This document shows positions 45,700 through 55,680 of a stretch of 64,000 nucleotides of DNA, piece after piece. Where the stretch lies: the NCBI GenBank assembly GCA_014437165.1, contig GCA_014437165.1_4090.3, one strand, 5' to 3'. The notes under the pieces were generated by a model, which saw only the letters and a program-made list of their open reading frames with translations, was not told where the DNA came from and made no database searches. Every line of letters begins with the position of its first letter. Positions within the stretch are counted from its first letter, which is position 1. The DNA comes from a phage. The translations under genes were made by a program, and so were the position numbers.

Positions 45700-45922
45700 G
45701 TTAAAAGAACGACTAATTAAATCAAGAAAACATACAAATCAACTTCCAAACGACACAAACAAGTCTCCAGCGGAAAGGAGTGCAGAAGTTTTATACATTC
45801 AACTCATGTACTTTCTTGGCACTGACAGACAAGAGTATTACATTGAAAGTATGCTTCGATATCTTAAATTCTCTATAAAGGAAAAGATACATGATCAAGT
45901 ATTTAAAAATCCTAACTGCTAA
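45671..45922 (+). CDS. family B small protein (LGTDRQEYY)
   Basis: paralog of previous. Confidence 0.65.
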   Translation: MQMKYLTDDELKERLIKSRKHTNQLPNDTNKSPAERSAEVLYIQLMYFLGTDRQEYYIESMLRYLKFSIKEKIHDQVFKNPNC

Positions 45923-46133
45923 TGAATATCATAAGATTGTAATGAAGACTAATAGTGCTTACGCTAAAAAATCAAACCCAAAGTACATACTGGAACACAC
46001 ATTTGAAGAACGTCAATTAGCTTTAGTTGAAGCAAAACTTCTTGCACTATTAGGAACAAACTATCAGGAAGAATACAATAGAAAACTAATATACCTTTTA
46101 ACTAAACATATAAGAAAAAGAAAAAATGCATGA
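45891..46133 (+). CDS. family B small protein
   Basis: LGTNYQEEY. Confidence 0.65.
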   Translation: MIKYLKILTANEYHKIVMKTNSAYAKKSNPKYILEHTFEERQLALVEAKLLALLGTNYQEEYNRKLIYLLTKHIRKRKNA

Positions 46134-46360
46134 AACACTTGACAGATGATGAACATGGGCTTATAGTAATGGATGTAATCAACATCGAATACAAAAAGTT
46201 GATACGCTATCGTTGTTATGAAGATAAGCAACTCGTTCTAGCAGAACAGAAGTTGTTTCGACTCTTAAACACAAACTACCAAGCACAATACGAAGAATCG
46301 TATATGTACCTTTTGGCGAGGAAAGCAAAAAGAGATTATGAAAATTTTAAGCAAAGGTGA
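46130..46360 (+). CDS. family B small protein
   Basis: LNTNYQAQY. Confidence 0.65.
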   Translation: MKHLTDDEHGLIVMDVINIEYKKLIRYRCYEDKQLVLAEQKLFRLLNTNYQAQYEESYMYLLARKAKRDYENFKQR

Positions 46361-46559
46361 TTCAGTAATATTACTTATAGAGAGTTCAAGTAAATTCTTA
46401 AACATAACACTGTCTGATATAGATGAAGATGACAAAGAAGTACTGAGAGCAGATTTAAGAGTACTGTTACATATCGGAACAAACCTACAAGAAGAATATG
46501 TAGAGTGCTACATCAATGAACTTAAAGAATCAGTACTGAGAAAATGCAAATGCAAATGA
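46338..46559 (+). CDS. family B small protein
   Basis: IGTNLQEEY. Confidence 0.65.
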   Translation: MKILSKGDSVILLIESSSKFLNITLSDIDEDDKEVLRADLRVLLHIGTNLQEEYVECYINELKESVLRKCKCK

Positions 46560-46777
46560 AAATCATTACCGATGTAGAATACCTAACAATCATAAATGGA
46601 CTGTTTTTGAAGCTCTTCGTCATTAACACATCAGATATACCAGATATGGATAAAATTATTAAGAGAAATGAAGTCTATGTTCTAGCTACCCTTGGAACGA
46701 ACTATCAAGAACACGACATTAAAGATTATATTAATACACTTAAACGAGCTATTGAACTAAAATGCCAAAACCACTAG
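46544..46777 (+). CDS. family B small protein
   Basis: LGTNYQEHD. Confidence 0.65.
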   Translation: MQMQMKIITDVEYLTIINGLFLKLFVINTSDIPDMDKIIKRNEVYVLATLGTNYQEHDIKDYINTLKRAIELKCQNH

Positions 46778-46977
46778 GAACAGCAGAATACATTGAACTC
46801 ATGGGATTACACTTCTCATCCTTTCAGAAACTTATGCGAGAATCAAAGAATGATTTAGAATATACCATCAGAGGTTCCGATTTAAGAATGCTTCTCACCC
46901 TAGACACAGATTCCCAAGAGAGATTTGTCAATGAGCATATTAGAGCACTTTTAATGGAAATTCAAAGTAAATTATGA
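46762..46977 (+). CDS. family B small protein
   Basis: LDTDSQERF. Confidence 0.6.
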   Translation: MPKPLGTAEYIELMGLHFSSFQKLMRESKNDLEYTIRGSDLRMLLTLDTDSQERFVNEHIRALLMEIQSKL

Positions 46978-47189
46978 AGATAATATCAAACCAAGAGTAC
47001 TTGGCACTATTCAGGAAGAATAATCACAAATATATGGCACTTGATTCAAGAACTGATATAAGTGAACTTGAAAAAAATCTTTTGCGTTCAGATATGATAG
47101 TACTGACACTCTTAGGAACACAGCATCAAGAGAGAACTGTTAATTCACACATAGGTATTCTTATACAGATTGTACAGGAAAAGATATGA
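46974..47189 (+). CDS. family B small protein
   Basis: LGTQHQERT. Confidence 0.65.
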   Translation: MKIISNQEYLALFRKNNHKYMALDSRTDISELEKNLLRSDMIVLTLLGTQHQERTVNSHIGILIQIVQEKI

Positions 47190-47407
47190 GAATCATATCA
47201 CAACAAGATATTCTTAAGTTCACAAGGGTTCATGCATCTGAATTTGATGCTATATTATCAAAAAGTTACAATGACCCTTATACACAAGATGTACATTACA
47301 GTGAATTATGGATGTATATACTTTTAGGTACAAATAAGCAAGAGCAAGCCGTACAGAAGTATTTGACAGCTTTACGTGATGCTACAGCTAATGGAGTATG
47401 TGTTTAA
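47186..47407 (+). CDS. family B small protein
   Basis: LGTNKQEQA. Confidence 0.65.
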   Translation: MRIISQQDILKFTRVHASEFDAILSKSYNDPYTQDVHYSELWMYILLGTNKQEQAVQKYLTALRDATANGVCV

Positions 47408-47408
47408 T

Positions 47409-47651
47409 ATGAAAGTACTGACAGAACTAGAAATGTATCATAGATTTAATAAGTACTATCATTTACTTAAGCCTATACAGAGGATTAAATGTCCATTTGA
47501 AGAGAAACAGGTTTTAATCTATGAGCACAAGTTCTTTGTATCATTAGGTACAGATCAACAAGAGTACTATTTGACGTTGTACTTGATTACATTAATAGAT
47601 TTAATTCACTATAAAACCAAACAAGCTAATAAAGAGAAATATGAAAACTAA
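47409..47651 (+). CDS. family B small protein
   Basis: ATG 47409 directly after previous stop; LGTDQQEYY. Confidence 0.6.
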   Translation: MKVLTELEMYHRFNKYYHLLKPIQRIKCPFEEKQVLIYEHKFFVSLGTDQQEYYLTLYLITLIDLIHYKTKQANKEKYEN

Positions 47652-47985
47652 TATACAACTCAAGGTATATAAATCATTTGAACATACATATATCAAAAGT
47701 AGTCTATGTAGAGATGTAATGGATTACAAGGGTAAGCCATTCACAATTACCTATGATTCTTATGTTAGTGATTTATATATATCATTTGTTAATTACGAAA
47801 ATAAAATATACAAGCACGTTGATATTAAAGATTTAAGTACTTTATCACCAGAGGAATACTTTCAGGAATCATTAGTATGGGATTTAGAGTTTCCTATGCC
47901 ATTAGTACATAAGATGATAGTACTAATGAAAGAATCTAAACAGGAGCCTAATGGTGATTATGAAGAACACACAGTTGAGTATTAA
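47641..47985 (+). CDS. family C protein (…LSPEEYFQESLVWDLEFP…)
   Basis: core motif E-E-Y-F-Q-x-S-L-V-x-D. Confidence 0.65.
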   Translation: MKTNIQLKVYKSFEHTYIKSSLCRDVMDYKGKPFTITYDSYVSDLYISFVNYENKIYKHVDIKDLSTLSPEEYFQESLVWDLEFPMPLVHKMIVLMKESKQEPNGDYEEHTVEY

Positions 47986-48355
47986 AAGTACTGATAATAC
48001 TAAGAGTTATACAAGCTCAAGTACTGTGACAATCGAAGTGAATTCTATTAATGCTGGTAATGCAGTAGATAAGTTCTTTATTGCTCAAGGGTACAGGAAA
48101 GATATTCATCAATACTGTTCAGTATATGGGGAGTACAATTCTACTGAAGATATAATTTATTGGTCAACACATCAAGATTATATAACTAAAATTGGCGTTC
48201 CAGATGTTAGTACTTTATCTGAAGAAGAATACTTTCAGTACAGCTTAGTACATGATGTACCTATACCTTTAGAGTTGCTCAAGGGTATACAGGAAGAGGT
48301 TCATAAGCTTAAATCCATGAGTTCAGGTACTTTCATTAGAACAGTGCAATACTAG
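47951..48355 (+). CDS. family C protein (…LSEEEYFQYSLVHDVPIP…)
   Basis: SD CAGGAG before ATG 47951. Confidence 0.65.
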   Translation: MVIMKNTQLSIKSTDNTKSYTSSSTVTIEVNSINAGNAVDKFFIAQGYRKDIHQYCSVYGEYNSTEDIIYWSTHQDYITKIGVPDVSTLSEEEYFQYSLVHDVPIPLELLKGIQEEVHKLKSMSSGTFIRTVQY

Positions 48356-48414
48356 CTTGACAGTACTTTTCATTACTGATATAGTACACTAACGTTAATC
48401 ATAGGGTAAAAATT

Positions 48415-48660
48415 ATGTTAAATTTTTTAAATTTCCTTATCGTTTTGTGTATTGTTCTTGGGATTGCACCATTTGTATTGTATTTCATGGATTCAGATGA
48501 AATGCAGAAGATGAATTGCACAAGGACAGGACAGAGTAGAGAAGAGACGATTCTTATGCCTGTTACGGTTATTGTTAACAACATGCCCATTACAAACATG
48601 GTCCCTACCCTAACGACAACGTACCAGTACTCTTGTGCTGACGGTGAGAGGTGGAGATGA
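48415..48660 (+). CDS. small protein with N-terminal hydrophobic (TM/signal-like) segment
   Basis: MLNFLNFLIVLCIVLGIAPFVLYF…. Confidence 0.5.
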   Translation: MLNFLNFLIVLCIVLGIAPFVLYFMDSDEMQKMNCTRTGQSREETILMPVTVIVNNMPITNMVPTLTTTYQYSCADGERWR

Positions 48661-48977
48661 AATTTAATATAGCAAAAACATCGAGTATATGTATTTTTGG
48701 TTATGCTGATGAGTTAGGTGATATTGACATTCTTTTGTACAAAAAGGATGGTGTTATGCATTTCAAGTACCAGGATGAAGAGGCAGACAATTATCCTTTA
48801 CCTAATTTAGTACAAATGCAGGAAGATGAATTATTCCAGTACAGCTTAGTATACGACATTGATATTTGCACGATGCCAGTACTAATTAGTATTCAAAAAG
48901 TGATGCTCGATATGTATGATAAGCTAATACAAGGTACATCAGGGAGAATCATTGAAATCGATATACAAGACAATTAA
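48651..48977 (+). CDS. family C protein (…EDELFQYSLVYDIDI…)
   Basis: SD GAGGTGGAG; core motif. Confidence 0.65.
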   Translation: MEMKFNIAKTSSICIFGYADELGDIDILLYKKDGVMHFKYQDEEADNYPLPNLVQMQEDELFQYSLVYDIDICTMPVLISIQKVMLDMYDKLIQGTSGRIIEIDIQDN

Positions 48978-49170
48978 TCAAGAATGGAAGACCCAAAAGT
49001 ACAGGGAATTCAACAGGAATTTTACAAAAGATGCATTGAATTTAAAAACAACAGAGTTTGATATGTTTATTTTTCTTGGAACACGTTCACAAGAACAATT
49101 TGTTCATTATTATATAAATTCGTTGCGAACGGAGATAGTATGCAAAACACAGGGTATTATAAAAAGGTAA
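48952..49170 (+). CDS. family B small protein (dispersed copy); apparent TTG start
   Basis: FLGTRSQEQFV…; SD AGGGAGAA 5 nt before TTG; no in-frame ATG. Confidence 0.5.
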   Translation: MKSIYKTINQEWKTQKYREFNRNFTKDALNLKTTEFDMFIFLGTRSQEQFVHYYINSLRTEIVCKTQGIIKR

Positions 49171-49406
49171 ACCAATATTTGTACGCTACAAAGTACAGGG
49201 ATTTTTGTTTAAAGGGTGGTGATGAAGATTTTTCTTTGCGATTATCAGAATTTAATCTGTTATTTTATCTTGGTACAAAAGAACAAGAAGAAATGGCACA
49301 GAAATTTATCAAGCACCTTTTACAAAAAATTAATATGCAAATTTTGATGCTTAAGTTACAGAATGAGATAAATGAATATGAATCCAGAAATAGTTCAGGA
49401 TCTTAA
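49140..49406 (+). CDS. family B small protein (dispersed copy)
   Basis: YLGTKEQEEMAQKFIKHLLQKI. Confidence 0.55.
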   Translation: MQNTGYYKKVNQYLYATKYRDFCLKGGDEDFSLRLSEFNLLFYLGTKEQEEMAQKFIKHLLQKINMQILMLKLQNEINEYESRNSSGS

Positions 49407-49764
49407 AAAAGTAATATTTCTTTTGAATACCAGAAGTGAATTGTATACAGAGTTAAAAGAGATTAATGCATTTTATCAGAATTTTGTAATCCAAGAGATC
49501 AGTGATTTAATTACAGATGCATTATTTGAATTATCGGAGAAATACAAAGGTTCAGAGTTCAGTGTTAAGAATGTTATTCGTCCAAGTGCAAGGAAAATTA
49601 TATTATCACATTTTACATTTGACAATAAAGATTTATTCAGTCATAATCCAAGTACAGCTTTATATTTTATTCCTGATTCAGACAAAAATCATCCTATTCA
49701 TTACGGATGGATTTTGTCATATATAGTACAAGGAAAGGAGTATCCTATTAAATGGAAAGATTAG
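49372..49764 (+). CDS. hypothetical protein (130 aa)
   Basis: ORF with ATG start. Confidence 0.5.
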   Translation: MNMNPEIVQDLKKVIFLLNTRSELYTELKEINAFYQNFVIQEISDLITDALFELSEKYKGSEFSVKNVIRPSARKIILSHFTFDNKDLFSHNPSTALYFIPDSDKNHPIHYGWILSYIVQGKEYPIKWKD

Positions 49765-49912
49765 GGCGATTAGATTATTACACAATTAATACAAATTATT
49801 TGTTGCGTAATATAAAATCCGATTACAAAATATGGATAAAGAACAGAGATAGCATGTGTTATGAATTTTATTTAGATTATGCTATCAAACGATTTTTAAG
49901 AGAAGAACATTA

Positions 49913-50116
49913 ATGCAAAAGATTAATACGATAACATTAAATGCATTACAGGATTCATTATTAGATAGTATTAAGATGTATTACAATATACATTTGAAGG
50001 GTGGTATTGATAATTACGATTATTATTTGAGTTTAATTACATTTGAGCACCTTTCAGTACAGGACAGGATTTTACATCCTACAAATCCTAGGTATCCATC
50101 GATAGGTAAATTATGA
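49913..50116 (+). CDS. hypothetical protein (67 aa)
   Basis: ORF with ATG start. Confidence 0.45.
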   Translation: MQKINTITLNALQDSLLDSIKMYYNIHLKGGIDNYDYYLSLITFEHLSVQDRILHPTNPRYPSIGKL

Positions 50117-50661
50117 ATGAGATAGAGTTATTAGCACACAAGATAAGTACAATAATGCTTATCCTCAATAACAACCATCCTATATCGCATATAGATGGAA
50201 TCCTGAGTCAGAGGACAGGTGGTAGTTTATATTTGTCCATAAACGCAGATATCGCAAGGAAATACATTGATATTGATGTTGAAATCGAATATGATACAAC
50301 GGGGATTGTTGATGTAGGTGCATTAATCAGTTCAAATCCAGTATCAGCATCCCCATTGACCAAAGATGTTAGTACAGGATTCGAAGGATATTTGTGGTAC
50401 AATACCAATGATGATTATTTTATATATCAGCATTCCAATACAAATTATGATGAAGACAAATTTCAGTTAATAGACCCTTATGATGAAGCTGGCGTATTCC
50501 AACAATCATTAATCACAAAACCGCATGAGATGATGTATCTAATGTTATTCAGTACAATGCATTTGAATCCATTAATTAAAGGTTTAAAATTTTATATTCA
50601 ATTAAATTTAGTCCATGTAGTTTATGATTTATTAATGCAAGGATATAGTTATGAAGTATAA
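50113..50661 (+). CDS. family C protein (…AGVFQQSLITKP…)
   Basis: ATGA coupling; core motif. Confidence 0.6.
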   Translation: MNEIELLAHKISTIMLILNNNHPISHIDGILSQRTGGSLYLSINADIARKYIDIDVEIEYDTTGIVDVGALISSNPVSASPLTKDVSTGFEGYLWYNTNDDYFIYQHSNTNYDEDKFQLIDPYDEAGVFQQSLITKPHEMMYLMLFSTMHLNPLIKGLKFYIQLNLVHVVYDLLMQGYSYEV

Positions 50662-50962
50662 AATGATGTATACCCCAGATATGATTTATGTTGAATTAGA
50701 AGATGATGACGATGGGTGGAATTTGATTTATTCAAGAAGTTCAGGTTGGTACATGGCACATTTAAATGATTCGATAGTTACAGATTATTTTGTAGATTTC
50801 AATACATTATCCGATGAAGAATTGTTCCAACAGCAATTAGTGATTGACACGGGTGGTTATGATGTCTTATTATTAAAAAAGATACAGAAAGCTGTTATTG
50901 ATTTTAAGCCCATGATATGGCAAAGGAAATATTATGACCTCGAAGTACCGTACCAGCAATGA
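50651..50962 (+). CDS. family C protein (…DEELFQQQLVIDTG…)
   Basis: core motif. Confidence 0.6.
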   Translation: MKYKMMYTPDMIYVELEDDDDGWNLIYSRSSGWYMAHLNDSIVTDYFVDFNTLSDEELFQQQLVIDTGGYDVLLLKKIQKAVIDFKPMIWQRKYYDLEVPYQQ

Positions 50963-51500
50963 AATTCAGTACACCTACGCTAATGCAATCCTTATGGGAC
51001 AAAAGTTAGCTTGTATTGTTGCAGCCTTATATAATGCCCAGAAATATCACAAGCGTCATTTCCACAAATGTATTGGTATTATTCCATCGAAGTACAATAC
51101 ATATATTGCGTGCACGAGTCATTTTGATAAACGATTCAATACACCTGATACCCCAAATTCCCGTAGTGTTATTGGTCTTTTGGATTTCGCACCTGGTGCT
51201 GTTATTGGAAAGAATGATTTAGAGTACGCATGGTATAATAAAAATGCCCCATTAGTAATGGTAACATATGATAAAGAAACGAACAAAACAATAGAGTACA
51301 ATACATATAAATCAGAGGAAGAATTTTTCCAAGGTTCAATGCTTGTACCAGTGCGTTTGTTATTTTATAATGTCATAATGAGTACAGTACACAATAGTCC
51401 ATTACACAAGAATCACAAAATTAATTTCAATTTTTGTGCTTATGCGATTGATGGTGTGTATGAGTGTTTAATGGAGGTATTGAGTTATGAAGCTGAATAA
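50934..51500 (+). CDS. family C protein (…EEEFFQGSMLVP…)
   Basis: core motif. Confidence 0.6.
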   Translation: MTSKYRTSNEIQYTYANAILMGQKLACIVAALYNAQKYHKRHFHKCIGIIPSKYNTYIACTSHFDKRFNTPDTPNSRSVIGLLDFAPGAVIGKNDLEYAWYNKNAPLVMVTYDKETNKTIEYNTYKSEEEFFQGSMLVPVRLLFYNVIMSTVHNSPLHKNHKINFNFCAYAIDGVYECLMEVLSYEAE

Positions 51501-51828
51501 TACATTTGATATTAATAAGTTAAGAGAATGGTTTTATAGTATTGAAATTGAAGCCATCCCGTATCATAGATATGAACAATATAATTTAACCAGTATTGAT
51601 ATCAGTGAGTTGTACGCGTATTATCAAAGTGCATTAGAGATGCATAAGTTATTTTTGAGTACAGATTTTGTTCTAAATTACAATTTTGAGGAATTTAAAA
51701 ATTATAATTTAGTACAGAAATATGTAGTAGCAAAGTACATGTACCTTCAAGGAATTACAAGTATAGTGGAATTCAATACAGTCCTTGCTTTAGTTGAGGT
51801 AATTTTATGCAGTACATGTATGATTTAG
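51487..51828 (+). CDS. hypothetical protein (113 aa), possible degenerate family C
   Basis: tandem position. Confidence 0.5.
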   Translation: MKLNNTFDINKLREWFYSIEIEAIPYHRYEQYNLTSIDISELYAYYQSALEMHKLFLSTDFVLNYNFEEFKNYNLVQKYVVAKYMYLQGITSIVEFNTVLALVEVILCSTCMI

Positions 51829-52313
51829 AGTTCAGCTTAGATGCTGCATTTAAATATGTTCACAAGATAGAAACAATATACAGTACATTATGTGCAATAA
51901 AATCAGTAACAGAAGAGCTTGATGTTGGTGAAAAATATCAGGTATGGAATAATACATTTTTAAATAAAGAACGTTGCTCTACGGGGTTTAATATTTTAAC
52001 ATTTAATCCCAGCAATTGTTACCCAGAGAAGCATGAACGTTATCCGAATGACGACATGTGGTTTGAGTACAAAGAAGATTGTGATATGTCGTTCATTGAA
52101 GTTCCTGATGATTTTAATGCACAAGATTTAACAGACGAGTGGTGGTTCCAGCAGAATTTAGTCCACGATGATATTGATTTATTTTTTTATGTAGTATTTA
52201 AAATGCTTTATCACAACAATATAGTACAAGATAGTGTGTTTTTTTCATGTCTATATATTGATGATTTGTACAATGAAATTCAAATCAACATGCCCAGCAC
52301 GCCTGTATCGTAA
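51807..52313 (+). CDS. family C protein (…DEWWFQQNLVHDDIDL…)
   Basis: core motif. Confidence 0.6.
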   Translation: MQYMYDLEFSLDAAFKYVHKIETIYSTLCAIKSVTEELDVGEKYQVWNNTFLNKERCSTGFNILTFNPSNCYPEKHERYPNDDMWFEYKEDCDMSFIEVPDDFNAQDLTDEWWFQQNLVHDDIDLFFYVVFKMLYHNNIVQDSVFFSCLYIDDLYNEIQINMPSTPVS

Positions 52314-52338
52314 GATATGGGCTTTTTTCGTTTTGGTA

Positions 52339-52367
52339 TTGACAAAGAAGTGCAAAGCTGTTATCAT
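52339..52367 (+). promoter_or_regulatory. internal promoter TTGACA-17-TATCAT within the family C array
   Basis: hexamers at 52339-52344 and 52362-52367, then SD AAGGAGA. Confidence 0.5.
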
Positions 52368-52395
52368 GTGTAATCATTTTAAAGGAGAACATATA

Positions 52396-52908
52396 GTGAG
52401 TTTCATAATCCCAAGTACATACGAAGATGCATCAAGTGCAGTTCATAAGATTCATTATATTTTTAATTTAATTATTAGATCTGCAAAAATTAAAATGTAT
52501 GCACCTCTTGTGACAAATAATCGAAATGAAGAAATTTTTATTAGCACAGACAAAATTATTTTTCCATATTTCAATGAAGATAGATTGTGGTTCATACATT
52601 TAGCTGCATTACAAAAATATAAGATGTCAATTCGTAATAATTTGGTTATACCGTTATATCATCCAGATATTGGAGAGGATGAGTATTTTCAGTACAGTAC
52701 AGTACATCGCCATGAAGATATCTTTGTTGCTATGCTTATTGCTAAATTGAACACCGTTGATTTGGAGTACCACAAATACAATAATAAATCATGTAAGATC
52801 ATAATCCCTGCATTCATAGCTCTTTATGATTATGTGGTGCATAACAAAAAAGATGATACATATGCTTTCAATGAAGAGTATTTGGATTTTTTTAAGGATA
52901 ACATATGA
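52396..52908 (+). CDS. family C protein (…EDEYFQYSTVHRHEDIF…), GTG start
   Basis: GTG 52396 8 nt after SD AAGGAGA; track ORF 52234 reads through terminator/promoter. Confidence 0.55.
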   Translation: MSFIIPSTYEDASSAVHKIHYIFNLIIRSAKIKMYAPLVTNNRNEEIFISTDKIIFPYFNEDRLWFIHLAALQKYKMSIRNNLVIPLYHPDIGEDEYFQYSTVHRHEDIFVAMLIAKLNTVDLEYHKYNNKSCKIIIPAFIALYDYVVHNKKDDTYAFNEEYLDFFKDNI

Positions 52909-53444
52909 GCAGTACAACAGTATCAAAAGTACAGAAAGCAATGTCATTCAATGAAATTGGTACATTTAAAGATAAGATCATTGATTGCCTTGAATACATG
53001 ATTTGTAGTAATATCGAAAGTATCGAGATATTTAACAAGACAAATCGCTCTTACCATATGATGTACATTGCAAACAATAATGGTATCATTCCATTTATTT
53101 CGGATAGTACAATATGGTACGCATGTGATACGAAAAAATACACAGCAGGTTCGTATAGCTTAGGGTCACATACGGAATTGATTATTCCTGAGCATTGTAT
53201 GCAAGAAGAAGAATATTTTCAAATGCAATGTATACATTCACCATTAGTGTTGTTTAGTTTATATATTATACCTTATATCACCAAATGTGTTCATGAGAAT
53301 AAAGCTCCGTGGAATCATGAATTTGTATCGTTGAAGTTATTGTATAATGTATTAGTAGAATATTATGATTACAGGCACAATGGTACAATCAGTGATGTAT
53401 GGGATTTTGAATCGCTAAGGGTGAAAACATACACAGGTGAATGA
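52905..53444 (+). CDS. family C protein (…EEEYFQMQCIHSP…)
   Basis: ATGA coupling. Confidence 0.6.
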   Translation: MSSTTVSKVQKAMSFNEIGTFKDKIIDCLEYMICSNIESIEIFNKTNRSYHMMYIANNNGIIPFISDSTIWYACDTKKYTAGSYSLGSHTELIIPEHCMQEEEYFQMQCIHSPLVLFSLYIIPYITKCVHENKAPWNHEFVSLKLLYNVLVEYYDYRHNGTISDVWDFESLRVKTYTGE

Positions 53445-53445
53445 T

Positions 53446-54060
53446 ATGACCAGAATTAAAATGTATGATTTGATGCAGTACAGTAAAATTGCCATTCCGG
53501 TGCTTAATAAAGTGCTGGATGCATTCATTGCCAAATACCCTGAGAATTCAGTGTTATGTATTCCATTTAGTGTTCCAGATAAAGATGATATATTCCAAGT
53601 GAATGTCAGTACACGTGGTATTACATTACAGCAGAAATACATGGATACGGAATATTATGGAATAAAGTTGGATTCAGTACAGGGTTCAAAATCAGCCTAT
53701 GATTTTTTTGTTCCTAATAATATAGAGTCATGGGAAACAAACATTTCAAAGAAAGATGAAAATGATGTTCCTATTAGTGGTGTGTTCAACAATAAAGTTT
53801 TTTATTATTACGAAACCGACAAATTCCCTGAAGAGTTATATTACAATTCAGAAATGAATGAAGATGTAGATGCATTCATGTTTCAATTATCTTTAGTACA
53901 TGATATCATTGATGTTCAAGAGTTAAGAGCAGAAATCAATTTAGCTAAAGAGTTATCGGACATGCTGCCACCGTTTAGTATGCTTTTTTGTGAAGGTGGT
54001 TATTTTTCAAAAGAAGTGTTTGAACATTTCGTAGATGTTGTAAAAGGGTTGGATATATAG
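53446..54060 (+). CDS. family C protein (…DAFMFQLSLVHDIID…)
   Basis: ATG 53446 just after previous stop (track start 53437 is GTG). Confidence 0.6.
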   Translation: MTRIKMYDLMQYSKIAIPVLNKVLDAFIAKYPENSVLCIPFSVPDKDDIFQVNVSTRGITLQQKYMDTEYYGIKLDSVQGSKSAYDFFVPNNIESWETNISKKDENDVPISGVFNNKVFYYYETDKFPEELYYNSEMNEDVDAFMFQLSLVHDIIDVQELRAEINLAKELSDMLPPFSMLFCEGGYFSKEVFEHFVDVVKGLDI

Positions 54061-54061
54061 T

Positions 54062-54256
54062 ATGCTTACAGTTGATGTTAAACAAAAATACCGTAAGTTT
54101 GATTGGTTCACCGACAGTTTCCAGCTTGAATTATTACATTTGAATATCTGTGAAACATTATGTGCAGAAACACAAGATGAATTTGATGATAGAGTGATGA
54201 ACATAGTAATGCTTTCTTGCTTTAAACATTTTGGTTATTTTTTCGGACAGAATTGA
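54062..54256 (+). CDS. hypothetical small protein (64 aa)
   Basis: ATG 2 nt after previous stop. Confidence 0.45.
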   Translation: MLTVDVKQKYRKFDWFTDSFQLELLHLNICETLCAETQDEFDDRVMNIVMLSCFKHFGYFFGQN

Positions 54257-54264
54257 GGTAAAAA

Positions 54265-54780
54265 ATGCATCAACACAAGCATCATTCATATGATTTTGCA
54301 ATTAACATTATGAAGTTCATTCGAGCGTTGGAGGATGGGAAGCTTAGTCATAAGTACACCAAAGTGGGTGACAATTGGTTCAGAAATGATGATGAGTTCA
54401 GAAGTCATAAGATTGTTTACAGCAATAATTACAGTGCCAATTACCTACAAGATGTAGTGATGTGTTTTGAATACGTGTTGCAGTTCAGGGGTTCAATCCA
54501 GGATGAGTTGATGGAGCACATGTACATCCGATACCTTCCAATGCTCAAAGATGAAAATGTATTATTAAATTCAATATACCAACGAGTTCGTGAAATTGAG
54601 TGCAGGGATATATTAGATACAGAAGAATCGTATTTCCAGCAATCCCTGATTTATGCACCTGATTTATTACAGGTACATAATTTGTTTAATACATTACGTC
54701 AAAACATCAGTACAGACATATTTTTGTCATTATCGGATTATGATACATTTGTCAAAGATTTAGAGGAAATAGGTTTATGA
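54265..54780 (+). CDS. family C protein (…EESYFQQSLIYAPDLL…)
   Basis: SD GAGG; core motif. Confidence 0.6.
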   Translation: MHQHKHHSYDFAINIMKFIRALEDGKLSHKYTKVGDNWFRNDDEFRSHKIVYSNNYSANYLQDVVMCFEYVLQFRGSIQDELMEHMYIRYLPMLKDENVLLNSIYQRVREIECRDILDTEESYFQQSLIYAPDLLQVHNLFNTLRQNISTDIFLSLSDYDTFVKDLEEIGL

Positions 54781-55118
54781 GTCGATTTTCGGTTTGTGTG
54801 GTAAACATAAAAAGTGATGGTAGTTTAATTGAATTAGATGTATATGATGATGATAATGCATATGGTATTAAAGTACAGGATAATGATGTGCAGTTCAGTT
54901 CAAGAACAAATTTTGAAAATCCAGTCCAAGTTCCTAATTTCATAGAAGATGAAGCAGCACGTTTCCAATACGAAACGGCATATGACAATTTACATATGCA
55001 TATTGTTATGCAACAAAGTTTAGTTCAATTAGTTCCTTTGTTCAGACAAAATATATATGTACATGAATTGTCGATCAATGACGTTCGCAGTTCCGTTTTG
55101 TTCGGTACAAATATGTAA
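54777..55118 (+). CDS. family C protein (…EAARFQYETAYDNL…)
   Basis: ATGA coupling. Confidence 0.6.
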   Translation: MSRFSVCVVNIKSDGSLIELDVYDDDNAYGIKVQDNDVQFSSRTNFENPVQVPNFIEDEAARFQYETAYDNLHMHIVMQQSLVQLVPLFRQNIYVHELSINDVRSSVLFGTNM

Positions 55119-55128
55119 GGAAAGTACA

Positions 55129-55680
55129 ATGAGTTCAATGAGTTTATTAGATACATTAGAAAAAGACAGAAGTGCAATTAAGCGTTTAAAAGAGCAAGTA
55201 CAAAAGATTGTATACAACGTTGATAAGTTTGAAGTCCCAGGAAGATTTGGTGATATTTCCCATACGGAGATCAAATCCCTTAAGTCAGATTTGTTGATTA
55301 AAAATAAAAATGGGTTGATTTTAGTTTTGAGTTCAGATATGATGGGGGCAACACATAGTTATAATGCAGTATCGGTGCGTTCAGAGTGTGAAGGTATATA
55401 TCTATCACAGGGTTTCAATAGCGAGACACAGGTTTGTTTTTGTGATGCAGTACATGACCCTATGAAGTTCACGAGAAGTGAAGCCCAAGCGTTATTAGAG
55501 CTATCAGACGAGAGTTTGTTTCAGTACAGTACAATGTATGACAATGATAAGCTTCGTTGTATGTACGCTGTAAAGCATTATACACAGGAGTTTTCTGGAT
55601 TTGCATACCTTTTAGTTAGAACCAATACCAGATATATTGATATGTTAGAAGATTACATCGATAAAGTTGTTAATGTATGA
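55129..55680 (+). CDS. family C protein (…DESLFQYSTMYDNDKL…)
   Basis: ATG 55129 after SD AAGGAAAG (Met25 of track ORF). Confidence 0.6.
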   Translation: MSSMSLLDTLEKDRSAIKRLKEQVQKIVYNVDKFEVPGRFGDISHTEIKSLKSDLLIKNKNGLILVLSSDMMGATHSYNAVSVRSECEGIYLSQGFNSETQVCFCDAVHDPMKFTRSEAQALLELSDESLFQYSTMYDNDKLRCMYAVKHYTQEFSGFAYLLVRTNTRYIDMLEDYIDKVVNV

